In this document: in pieces, positions 12,001 through 24,800 of the stretch
Layout of the letters: every line of letters starts with the position of its first letter
Position numbering within the stretch: the stretch's first letter is position 1
Assembly: GCF_018977255.1 (NCBI RefSeq)
Contig: NW_024704742.1
Location: forward strand, 138,386,001-138,450,000
Length of the DNA: 64,000 nt
Direction of reading: 5' to 3'
DNA from: Callorhinchus milii
Lineage: Eukaryota
Program-made: the position numbers and the translations under genes
Notes under the pieces: generated by a model
The model's database searches: none
Seen by the model: only the letters and a program-made list of their open reading frames with translations
What the model was told of the DNA's origin: nothing

Positions 12001-15000
12001 CACACTAACACAGCTGAAACCCTTATCCATGCAGTTGTCACCTCACTCCCCGATTTTTCCCCTCCTTCCTCACCAATCTCTCCAGCTCCACCATTTAATG
12101 CAAAATTCCGACATCCAGCAAACTACAGCAAACTCCATCCCCCCATCATCCCAATCCTTGTCAGGCTCCACTGGCTCCCTATTGCAGAATGGATCGATTT
12201 GATCCTCACACTTGCATATAAATCACTAGATGCCCTGCCACCTCCCTAACTCTCTGGTCTGCTTACTCACCAACCCACTACCCGCCCCCCTCTGCCTTAA
12301 TCCCTCTGCATGGTCCGACTACAGATCGCCTCTGAAGACCTTCCTCTTTGGCCGTGCTTATGGGCAGCTCACCTCTCTCCCAAGCTCAATGTCAGGCTCT
12401 TCCACTGTTAAGCCCTCCAACACACTACCCCTCATGAAGGTAGCTATATAAAACCAAGTTGTTTGTTCCAGGGTCAGTAAAGTTCCCCTCCTCGTTTTAT
12501 CAAATTGTCCGCTCCCTCCACTCAACAGGCTCCAGCCTGCTCCATGTCCCCCTCCTGGCTCGCCCCACCATCGGCGGTCAGGCTTTCAATCTCTCTGCCC
12601 CCACCCTCTGGAACTCCATCCCCCATTCCCTATGCCTCGCTCCCTCCCTCGCCTCCTTCAAGACCCTCCTCTTCGACCGTGCCTTTGGCCACCCTCCTAC
12701 CCTCTCTGCCTTCCACCCTCCTGATCTCCTCAACCCCCAGCTCAGGTCCTAATCCCTGACTGTTCAGCACCTTGGGACATCCTCCCGACATGATACGCGC
12801 TTTAAAAATATAATTCTGTATTGTACTGTGTCTGAGTTTGTGTCTAGAGGGAGAGGGACAAGAGTAGAGACAAACTGGTTGTTGGCTGGTTAAAGACACA
12901 CTTTAATCTTAAAGCAAAATACTGCAGTTTGGAAATCTGAACTAAAAACAGAAATCGCTGGGAACACTCAGCAGGTCAGGCAGCATCTATGGAAAGTTCT
13001 GACAAAAGGTCAACAACCTGAAAACGTTACCTCACTTTCCTCTCTCCATAGATGCTGCCTGACCTGCTGAGTATTCTCAGCAACTTCTATTTTTATTACA
13101 CTTTAACGTTAACTGGCCGAAGGGAAAAAGCACAGTCATTGATGGCAAATATTCTCTTCCACAGGTCACCCCGACGTCCCACAGAATCTGACCTGTGAAA
13201 CACGGGACTTGAAGACTCTGAATTGTACCTGGGACCCGGGAAGATTTACGGGACTGACTGCAGAACGCAATACAATCTACACTCTCAGTCACGGGTATGA
13301 TTCTCTCTCAGCATCTTCTTCAGCTTTCCATTTTCTCCTCTCCCCTCTCGTCCCTGAGGTTTGAGCTAACTTTCTTCAGTTGAACGTCAACAAGACCGAG
13401 GCTCCTGATTGTCTCCGGTCAGCGCCTTCTCACCTCAGGCGCTGACAGCATCACTATCCATGGGGCTCACTCCCCCTCACTGAGCCAGTCCAGGAACCTT
13501 GGGGTCTTGTTTGATCCTCAACTATCCTTTCTACCCCACATCTGCACCATGACCCGCTCTGCCTTCCCCACCTCCGCAACATCCCCCGGCTCCCCCACTG
13601 TCTCACACCGCAGCCCCAGAGACCCTCACACACGCCTTCATTACATCTAGGCTCCACTATGAAAACTCCTCCCTCCACAGGCTGCAAATCATCCAGAACT
13701 AACTCTGCAGCCCGTGTCCTCACCCCCACCAGCTCCGTGATCCCATCACACTCATCCTCAACCCCACCAGGCTCCGTGACCCCATCACCCCCATCCTCGC
13801 CCGACTCCACTGGCTTCCCATCACACAGAGGATACAGTTCAAGATCCTGGTCCTCACCTTCAAAGCCCTCCATGGTCTTGCTCCTCCCTACCTCCAACTT
13901 CCTAAACCCCTACCATCCTGCTCGTTCTTTCTGGACAGTTTCACTTCCCCCGCCTCGCCCACCCCACCATTGGCGGGAGGGCCTTCCGCCACTCTGCCCC
14001 CGGCCTTTGGAACGCCATCACGCAGTCCCTTCACCTTGCCCCCTCCCTCGCCACCTTCAAGACCCATCTCAAGACCCTCTTCTTCGACCGTGCTTTTGAT
14101 CACCCTCCTTCCCCCCCTGCCCTCCACACTCCCCCAACCCGATCCCCAGCTCGGGTCCGAAACACTGACTGTCCAGTACCTTGGGACGTCCTCCTGACTT
14201 GAAACATGCTTTACAAATGTAACTTTATTGTTGTTTACAAAAAAAATAAATAATTTGGTCATTTAATCCACGACTGTTTGTGGGACGCTGTTCTGCGCAA
14301 TTGGCTACCGCATTTCGCCCACAAAATATACGACCGATTCACTTTACAGTATATTCTACGAAGCCCTTTGAGATGTCTCAGTGACATGTTAAGGTACTAT
14401 ATCAAATGCAAGGATTATTATTAGTAGTTATTTAAGGACTCTTCTCTAAAATAATTTGTGGCTCTGCTTCTACTGCGGTTTGTGGCTGAGAAATGTGTCT
14501 TGTCACTACCAGCCTCCTACACAGCGCTCCCGTTTCTAACGTACGTCTCTCATTCCTCAGATCAACATCTCTCACGTGTGATAAAGCTTCGCAGACCTCA
14601 GCATATTACTGGTGTGCTTATACACTCTCCAATACAAGTCAATATAATATCTCACTGACTGCTGAAAACCCACTGGGGAAAACACAAGCCAGCATCTCAG
14701 TCAATGTCACCCGAGTAGGTGAGTGCAAAAAGACGGGTTGAAATAAAACCTATAACAATTATTAAAAGGGAATTAGAAAATATTTTAAACTTAAAGGGCA
14801 AGAGTAGTGGCCTGAAAAGATCGCTGTTTCAGAGTACCAGCACAGGCACGATGGGCTGAACGGCCTCTGTCTGTGCTGTAAACCTCTATGATTCTTGGAT
14901 CAATTCAATGATTGAAATCTCTAACCTGTGTTTTTTTACTCTTCCTAGTTCACCCCTTTGCTCCTGATAATCTAAGGCAAGGACTCGTCACTGCAGACAC

Positions 15001-18000
15001 AATCACTCTGTTGTGGTTGGACCCAGTGAATTACAAAGGCATTTGGCTGATGTGTGAGATTGTGATCAGCGAAGAGGGGGGTAAAAGCACGTTGGTAAGT
15101 TACCATCCACAGGGTAGATACTGTAACCTTTAAATAATAATAATACTTGCATTTGATATATTTAAGCACTTTTACACATTAGGACAATATTTCCAGGTAT
15201 GATATAAAATGCTTGGATGAATGTTTAATACCGATATAAAATCAGCTTTTAAATTAAGACAATTCAAGACTGTTTTCCTAAATTTCGTACAACCTGACAG
15301 TTTTAAATGGGGTTCAGGAGCAGAGAGACCTGGGGGTTCACCTACACAGGTGTTTGAAGGTGGCAGAACAGGTTGATCGAGCTGTTAAAAACATATGGGA
15401 TCCTTGGCTTTATAAATAGAGGCATCGAATACAAAAGCAAGAAAGTTCTGCTAAACCTTTACAAGTCACTGGTTAAGCCTCAGCTGGAATATTGTGTCCA
15501 ATTCTGGGCATCGCACTGTAGGAAGGATATCAAGGCCTTGGAGAGGGTGCAGAGGAGATTTACCAGAATGGTTCCAGGGATGACGGACTTCAGTTATATG
15601 GAGAGACTTGAGAAGCTGAGATTGTTCTCCTTAGAGCAGAGAAGGTTAAGGAGAGATTCAATACAGGTGTTCAAAATTATGAAGGGTTTTGAATAGGGAG
15701 AAACTGTTTCCACTGGCGGTAACCAGAGGACACAGATTTAAGATTATTGGCAAAAGAACCAGGGGAGGGACTAGTTGGGGTAAGAGCGGGGGAGTGGGAC
15801 TAGATGGGAAAAGAGCGGGGGAGTGGGACTAGTTGGGGTAAGAGCGGGGGAGTGGGACTAGATGGGAAAAGAGCGGGGGAGTGGGACTAGTTGGCAACTC
15901 TTCCAAAGAGCCGGCACAGGCTCGATGGGCTAAATGGCCTCCTTCTATGTTGTAAAATTCTGTGATTCTATGACCTTAAATTTTCAAGCCTGAGAGCCTG
16001 AGAAACATTGGGGCCTTTGTGCCCTAACTGTTGGCTAACATAGCACTGTCAGTTATCAGTTTGTAATAACGTTACGTTTCAGCTCAACTACTCGGTACGT
16101 GGAGAATCGCCGTATAAAAGCCACGTGGTACAGATAGACCGATTGCGAGCCAACACATTGTACACCATCAGAGCCCGCTACACGTCTCAGCACTTCTGGA
16201 AGTGGAGTGAATGGAGTAACACAGTGACTGTGCGAACCCAGCAAGCTGGTGAGTGACGAGCGGTCGCTAAACATGTCAGCATTCTCCCACAGAGGGTCCG
16301 CAGGACGAGGGTGAGAGAGGCTTGAGAAAGGTGAGAGGACGCTGGGATTATGGGGTCCTGTAGCTCAGTGGTTAGAGCCCTCGCCTCGCAAGCGAGAGGA
16401 CCCGGGTTTGATTCCCGGGCAGGAGGCGAAACATTGGGCAAGTTTCCTTACTCCACACGCCTCTGTTTACCAGCAGTGAGTAGGATCCTGGTCGTTAGTC
16501 AATTAGTGGATCGCTTTCTGTGGGGTAATAATCCCTTCAAAATAAAATTGTTCACTCAATCCACGACTGTTTGTGGGCCGCTGCTGTGTGTAATTGGCTT
16601 CCACGTTTCGCCCACAAAATATACGGTTAATCCACTTTACAGTATATTCTGTGAAGCGTTGTCTCAACGACGTGATGAGACGCTGTATCAAATGCGAGGA
16701 TTATTATTATTATTAGATTGACGCTTGTCAAAGAGGAAGAAGAAGGGGAGGGAGAAGGATGAGCTTAGGTCAAAAACTAACAGCTTCTCTGCTCCAGCCA
16801 AAAAAGCCCTGACTTCTGCCGTCTCTCTTCTCATTGTGACTGAATCTTTGCGTGAGATTCTACCCGAAGGACATTGTGTAAACCGTGTTGTTGTTTCAAT
16901 CCTAGCTCCATCAGTGGGTGTGGACGTCTGGAGAGACATTAGTGTGAATGGTTCCAGACGGATGGTCACGCTTTTCTGGAAGGTAAGGATTATACTACAG
17001 GGTGTCCACAAAGTTCCTGTTGTCCTTTGTTTTGTTTTTGCCTAACAGTGCACTGAGCAACAACTGAAATATAATAATAATAATCCTTGCATTTGATATA
17101 GCGCCTTATCACATTAAGACTTCTTAAAGGGCTTCACAGGATATACTATAAAATGTAGTGACTGTATATTTTGTGGGTGAAACGCTGCAGCCAATTGCGC
17201 ACAGCAGTGTCCCACATTATTGTAGCTTCTCAATTTTTCAGCACTAGTATTTCTCGGTGGCCGTGCCTTCGGTCCCTACACTCCGAAACTCTGGAACTCT
17301 CTCCCTCAATCCCTCCGCCTTGCTCCCCTCCCTCCCTCCTCACCTCCAAATCGTGCTTAAAGACGTTCCTTTTTGATCGTGCTGACGGTCACCTCCTCCT
17401 TGCCTCTCCCCCTGGCTCAGGGTCAGACCCCCCCCCCCACCGTCGAGCACCCCAGGACGCTAGCCTGTGTGAAAGGCTCTACATAAATGCAAGTTGCTGT
17501 CGTCGTTCTCTTGAGGCTAAGGCCATGAGGAATCTGCTGCTCTAACCCTCTGTGTCCTGCTCACAGTCCCTGTCAGACGCTGAGGCTAATGGGCCAATCG
17601 AGTCCTACACAGTGACATGGAAGAAGGTGGGAGATGGTGCTGTGAGCAGTGAGGAGGCCGTGAGCACCAGCACAGAGCTGGAGCTGGACACAGCTGCCTA
17701 CAGCGTCAGTGTGGTCGCCAGGAACAGTGCTGGACTCTCTCCTCGCTCCACTATCACCATCCCTCCTCACAGAGGTAAGTGGGTCACTTCGGGGCTCAGC
17801 TGCCTCCAAAGTGTCCAACGTGTAATAATAATAATCCTGGCATTTCACACAGCGGCTTTTTAAGGACGGAGAGAGAGAGAGAGATACGCACACACTCATG
17901 GAAACAGAGAGATACACACACACACACACACACACACAGGGAAACAGAGAGACACACACACTCATGGAAACAGACACACACACACACACTCATGGAAAAA

Positions 18001-21000
18001 GAGAGACACACACTCATGGAAACAGAGAGAGGGACACACACACACACACATTCAGGGACAGAGAGAGAGAGAGACACACACACAGGGAAACAGACACACA
18101 CACACTCAGAGACAGAGAGAGAGACACATATACACAGGGAAACAGAGAGAGACACACACACACACACAATCAGAGACAGACAGAGAGAGATACACACACT
18201 CACACACACTCAGAGACAGAGAGACACACACACACTCGGACATAGAGAGAAAGACACACTCAGGGACAGAGACAGACACACACACATACTCAGAGACAGA
18301 GAGAGACACATACACACAGGGAAACAGAGAGACACACACACCCACACTCGGACATAGAGATAAAGACACACTCAGGGACAGAGAGAGAGAGACACACACA
18401 CACACAATCAGAGACAGACAGAGAGAGATACACACACACACACACACAGGGGAACAGAGAGAGACACACATACACTCACACTCGGACATAGAGAGAAAGA
18501 CACATTCAGGGACAGAGAGAGACACACACACACAATCAGAGACAGACAGAGATACACACACACACACACACAGGGAAACAGAGAGACACACATACACCCA
18601 CACTCGGACATAGAGAGAAAGACACATTCAGGGACAGAGAGAGAGAGAGACACACATACACTCAGAGACAGAGAAAAAGAGACACACACACACAGGGAAA
18701 CAGAGAGAGAGAGAGACACACACCCATACAGATACACAGGGAAATAGAGAGACACACATACACACACACTCAGGGAAACAGAGAGAGAGAGACACCCACA
18801 CATGCAGTTAGAGAGATACACAGAGACAGACAGACAGAGACAGACAGACAGAGAAGCGTAGGAGAGACACAGAGAGTATGCTGTTTCCATGACCACACCT
18901 CTGCCGGTTTCTCTGCTTCTCCAGGTGATGTAGCTGTGGAGGTGGAGAGAGTGACTGGTTCGGAAGGTGGATTCAACTTAAGTTGGGAGAGCAGACACCA
19001 CAGGAGCTGTGGCTACACTGTGCAGTGGTGCAGACCCCCTGACTGCCAGCCAGAGTGGCTCAAATTACCCTCCAACCTCCGGCACGCCGTCATCCGATCA
19101 GGTAAAGTGTTTGGAGCATTTTTTGGCATTTAAAAATGCGGTCACTCAATCCACGGCTATTTGTGGGGACGCTGCTGTGCACAATTGGCTGCCGAGTTTC
19201 ACTCACAAAATATAGTCAATTCACTTTACAATATATCCTGTGAAGCGCTTTGAGACGTCTCGAAGACGTGATAAGGCGCTATATCAAATGCAAGGAATAT
19301 TATTATTTTCTGCCCGTCTCTGGCATCTGTTACCACACGTTCGACAACAACAACCACTGTGCCCGTCACACAGGCAGCGTCCCAGAGCGCTTGACAGTGG
19401 AGGAGCACGACACAGAGCCGGGGGAGGGGGGAGGTGACCATAGGCACGGTTGAAGCGGAAGCGCGACCTGAAGATGGGGAAGGAGGCGGAGGGAGGGACA
19501 GAGGGAGAGTGTTCCAGAGTTAAAGCCAGTGACAAAGATTAGTTTGATCTCAGTAGAGCGTTTAGCTCACAGATGGTTTGGATGTAGAGGGTAATCTGCT
19601 CTATTTGATCTCATGTCTCCCAACTGGCCTCCCGCCTTCCCATCAAAGTATCGAGCTGTTTTGCAATGAACCTAGAGCCTTTCACGTCAGGAAGATGTCT
19701 CAAAGCGCTTCACAGGATATACTGTAAAATGTAGTGACTGTGTATTTCATAGTGAGCAAATGTTTGCACAGCGACAACCTGCAAACAGCCAGGAAGTTAA
19801 TAATAATAAGACCAATTTTATCTGGGGAATTGTTGGCCAGGACAACGAGAGAGAAAGAGAAAGAGAGAAAGATTAACTCTCTTTTCGAATAGTATCGCAA
19901 GATCTTTAATGTCCACCTGAACAGATAACGACACCTTGCATTTATATAGCATCCCTCACATGAGTAATGTCTAGGAGCGTGGTATAGCAGTGTGGGTTGT
20001 TGCTCAGCTGGATAAAGAGAGGAGGTGACTGAAGGCACGGTCGAAGAGGAAACACTTTAAACACTTTGAGACGACCACTCAGATGTCCTTGGTTTTATGT
20101 CTCAGGGCTCCTCCCAGCTCTGTCAACCTGGACTGTGAGCTCAAACGCCCAACCCACAACCTCCTGACTCAGGTGAGAGTTTCACCACCTGAGCCAGGCT
20201 GACATAAAGGCATGATATAAATGTAAGTTGTTGTTGATGCATGTTAAGCTGCCCCCCCCCCCCCCCCAGGGCTTGTTGTAATCTGCTCTGCGCAGGACAG
20301 TTTTCATTTGATTTTCTTATTCTCCCACAGATGTCTTTAAACCTGGAGTGCGCTACAACTTCTCAGTGTATGAGTGCAGGCCGGACGGTGATTACTTACT
20401 GGAGGAACAGGTTGGCTACACAAAAGAACTAGGTGAGCATCAGGTACATGGGACTGAGGGAGACTGAGGCAGAGATTGAGACAGACAGAGAGAGACTGAG
20501 ACAGACAGAGACTGAGACAGACAGAGACTTAGAGAGACTGAGACAGAGAGAGACTGAGACAGAGAGACTGAGACAGAAACAGGCAGAGAGAGAGACTGAG
20601 ACAGAGAGAGAGTGAAACAGAGAGAGACTGAGACAGAAAGAGAGACTGGGGCAGAGAGAAACTGTGAGAGAATGTCTGACAGAGAGTATGTTTGAAACAG
20701 ACAGGCAGACAGAAACTGTATTTGTGAGAGAGAAAGATAGAGTGACAGAGACTGAGAGAGAGAGAGTTTATGAGAGAGATTGAGACTGTGTGGGACAGAT
20801 AGACAGAGTGTGTGAGCTGGAGAGAGACAGAGCTACCAGTAAAAGTCTCTTCATTGTCTGGTGGTGTTTAGCGCCCACTGATGGGCCTGAGGTGACAGTG
20901 AGGGAGACGGCGGGGGATTGGATTTGGCTGCAGTGGGAGGACATCCCCCAGGACAAGCTACGAGGGTTTATTGAGGGATTTAACATCTATTATATCAAGA

Positions 21001-21864
21001 GCAACGCCTCGTCCCCAGCCTGGCTCAGCCAGCCCGCAAGTACGTCTGGTCTCTGTTATCTTAGCTTAGTAACACAGCATGTGTGAGATACACACACACC
21101 CATGCGCACACACACACGTGCACACACACACACATGCACTCACGCGCACGCAAGGGGGGTGGGGGGGGAGGGTGGTCATTTCAAATAGATGGCAGGGAGG
21201 GTGGGTATCTGGAGGGAAGAAGAGGGTGATGAGGGTGTCTGGAGGTGATGTGAAGATGCTGTATGCCCCTTCAGCGTTCCCACATTTCTGACTATCCTTT
21301 CTCTTTCCTCTTCACCCGTTACCCCAGAGACGATACGAGCCTCGGAGAAGAAGATCTTTAAGATCAATGGCCTGAATCCTGGCACAACGTACAACATCGC
21401 TGTGAGCGCCTTCACTGGAGGAGGGGAGGGTCCGGTCAAACTGACCATGGTCACTACCCTGAACAGCCGTGAGTTACCCAGCACCCTTCCCCCACTCCCC
21501 CACTAGCCTTCAGTTACCCTCACACTACCCCCTCCCCCTCAGTTACCCCACTGCCCCCCCCAGCCCTCAGTTCCCCCACACATTGTCCCCCAGGTAGTCT
21601 GGTTCCTGAGCCAGTTCAGTGTGCAGTATTCCAGGGCACTGCTGATGACAGCACAGCTCAGCCTCGCTCAACGGGGAGAGTGGTCCTCGCTGGACAAGTA
21701 GCAGGAAAGCTTGTCAGACAGAGATATCAATGACCAACTGGTTTAACTGGTTGGACTCCAGCAGTTACCCCAACACACTCTCTGGGCTCCCCCCAAGCCT
21801 TGGCTCTTGCCAACCTGTGCCTAATACTCTCCGGAATTAGGTAAACAGGATGCCTCCCTCCAGG

Positions 21865-21895
<31 letters not shown>

Positions 21896-24800
21896 CGCAT
21901 TCCATCCCAACAATCTATCTCTGGGATTCCCATGTGTAGGTGGAAGGCAGGGAATTCTCAGTTTGGTTTAGAGACTCTTAAGCAACAGTGATGGGTTTGT
22001 GTGTGTGTCAGATACCCGGCTGGGCAAAAAAAAAGCTCCCGGCTTTGCTTAGTCACATGCACTCTCACCACGGGATCAGGAGGATGTGGATTCAAGCCCC
22101 CCCCCCCACCCCTTACATCAGGGTCTCTGAGCTCACAGTCCAGGCTGACGTTCCAGCACAGCGATGGGGGGGGGAACGAGAGGGAGATGCATTTTCAGAG
22201 ACTCCGTCCTTTGGATGAGACATTAAACCAAGTCTGTGTGTACTCATGTGGAGTCCTATAGCTTAGTGGTTAGACACTGGGGTTTAATAATCCCTTCAAA
22301 AAGAGAAGGCAGTTTCTCTCTCCTGATGACCTGGCAGCTTGGGAATCAAACCCGTGACCTCTCACTTGCGAAGGAATCTAACCACGGAACTACAGGACTC
22401 CACTGTGTTGTGTGGTGTGGATCAGTGTCTGACTGTACTGACTGTTCTCTCCTCTCCCCTCAGCCCTCACCCTGATCCTGGGCATCACTGTACCTCTCCT
22501 CCTGGCCCTAATACTGGGACTGATGCTCAGTGTCTTCTGCTATCGCAAACAGGAATGGTAAGTTCCTCTCCACCTTCCCTTCCCCCCCCCCCCGCTCCCC
22601 CCCCACCGCCTCTCTCTGTCCCCTTCACCAGATATGTCCACAGGTCTGAAATACCTCCTAGTTTTATCCTCCAACACCATATTGTCCCACTCGTCGTCAC
22701 ACTCTTCTACAAATCCCTTCACGTCCTGGCACCTCCCGACCTCTCTGACCTACTTACTCCCCAACCCACAACCCGCTGCCTCCACTCGACTGGCTCCGGC
22801 CTCTCTCTTTGTGGAGTCCTGTAGCTCAGTGGTTAGAGCACTCGCTTTGCCAGTGAGAGACCTGAGTTCAATTCCAGGCAGAGGGCGAAACCTTGGGCAA
22901 GTTTCCTTACTCCACACAGAGCCTAATAATAATCCCTCCAAAACCAAAAACAATAATAAATTGGTCATTTTCAATCTACGACTGTTTGTGGGACATTGCT
23001 GTGCGCAATTGGCTGCCGCGTTCGCCCACAAATATACAGTCAATTCACTTTACAGTGTGTTCTGTGAAGCGCTTTGGGACGTCCTCCCGACATGAAAAGC
23101 GCTATATCAAATGCAAGGATTATTATTATTATTATTATTGTGCTCGTCCCCTCTGTTCCACCATTGGTGGCTGCGCTTTCAGCCACTACGCCCGGAAACT
23201 CCCTCTATCCCTCCCTCCGGCTTGTCGCCTCCTTCCCCATCTCAGATCGCGCCTGACCATCTTCCTCTTCGACCGTGCCTACCATGACCTCCCCCTCCCC
23301 CGGCTCGGTGTCGTGCTCCACCGCTGTCAGGCTCTGGGACGGTGCCCTGCGTGGGGGACGCTGTGTAAACGCAAATTGTTGTCTTGAAATGTAAGTAACG
23401 GCGAGGTGTTTGTGTGATGTAGTGTGTAGTGTGTGTGTAGAGTGACTGCCTGTGCGCAGTTCGCTTCTGTGACCCTCTGATCACTGAACAACACTTTCTG
23501 TCTTATCCCCGTCTGCTTATAGGATCAAAGAGAGCTTTTATCCTGACATTCCCGACCCCAATAACAGCAAAGTTCTGCAGGATGGAAATTTCTTTCAGGT
23601 ATGGCCCATTTTGCATGTATGTGCATACGTGTGTCTGAGTGTGTGTGTGTGTGCCTGTGTGCGCACATGTGCATATCTGTGTGTATGTGCGCGTGTGCCT
23701 TTGTGTGCATCGTGTGTGTGTGCATGTGTGCCTGTGTTCGCACATGTGCGTCTGTGCGTGTGCCTGTGTGTGTGTGTGCGTGTGTATGTGTGCGCGTGTG
23801 TGTATGTTCGCATATGTGCATGTGTGTGTGCGTGTGTGTGTGAAACCTACCTATCTGCAAAATGGATTGCAATGGCAGAATTTGGAGTCCTGTGGTGTAC
23901 TGGTTCGAGAGAGCGAGAGGACCCGGGTTTGATTCCCGGGCAGAGCAAAACACTGAGCAAGTTTCCTTACTCCACACACCTCTGATTACCAGCAGTGAGT
24001 AGGGACCCGGTTGTTAGTCAATTGGCAGATCACTTTCCAGGGTAATAATCCCTTCAAGAAAATAATAATAATAATTTGGTCACTTCAATCCACGACTGTT
24101 TGTGGGGACACTGCTGTGTACAATTGGCTGCCGCGTTTCACCCGCAAAATACACAGTCATTACACTTTACAGTATATTCTGTGAAGCGCTTTGAGACGTC
24201 TCGAAGATGTGATGAGGCGCTTTATCAAATGCAAGGATTATTGTTATTATTACACTACTTACTGGCTGCTTTGTTCTCCCACAAAATACAGTCATTACAC
24301 TTGATAACAAGTAGCTGAAGGGCTGTGAGACACATTGACCTGATGGCTGCTGTATGGAGCGTGAGGATGATGGCATTGGGGCCCTTACTTGTCCTGTTGT
24401 TGGTTTGTTCCCTCCAGGGAGTCACCACCTGCAGTACGCTGGAGCCCAGGGACTGCATCCCCAACGAGGTGCAGGTGGTGGAGGGCAGACAGCTGGCGAT
24501 GGAGGGCAGGAAGGGCAGCCTGTACGAGTCAATCCCTGACGACACATCCAACCAGGAGAGCCAGAGCCAAGGCGTGCTGTCCTACACCCCACAGCGGGTA
24601 TCAACCGATACCAACCTGCCCTCCAACACCTCGGGCCGCACAAACCTAGCCTTCGACGTCTCCTCTCTGCCGCCCTCGCCTCCGTGCCCGAGCCAGGTCA
24701 CCTACTCCACTATCCAGAGCTCTGGGTACCAGCGGCAGGGCAGGCCGGGGCCCGAGCAACCACAGGCGCAGACAGATATCGTTGTGAAGTCTGGTTACCA

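Noticed and set aside
16352..16425. tRNA-Ala-like sequences (many copies)
   Set aside because: These are SINE heads. The acceptor stem is not closed, and each continues into SINE body and tail.
17779..18896. Long THTH/CVCV/ERER ORFs (also near 23.6k, 32.8k, 43.5k, 57k)
   Set aside because: Dinucleotide microsatellite translations.
24325..24417. The ORF N-terminus [17 protein letters not shown] looks like a signal peptide for a stand-alone 246-aa protein
   Set aside because: It is the T/C-rich intron end before the acceptor at 24417. The downstream sequence is the receptor's cytoplasmic exon, in phase with exon 18.
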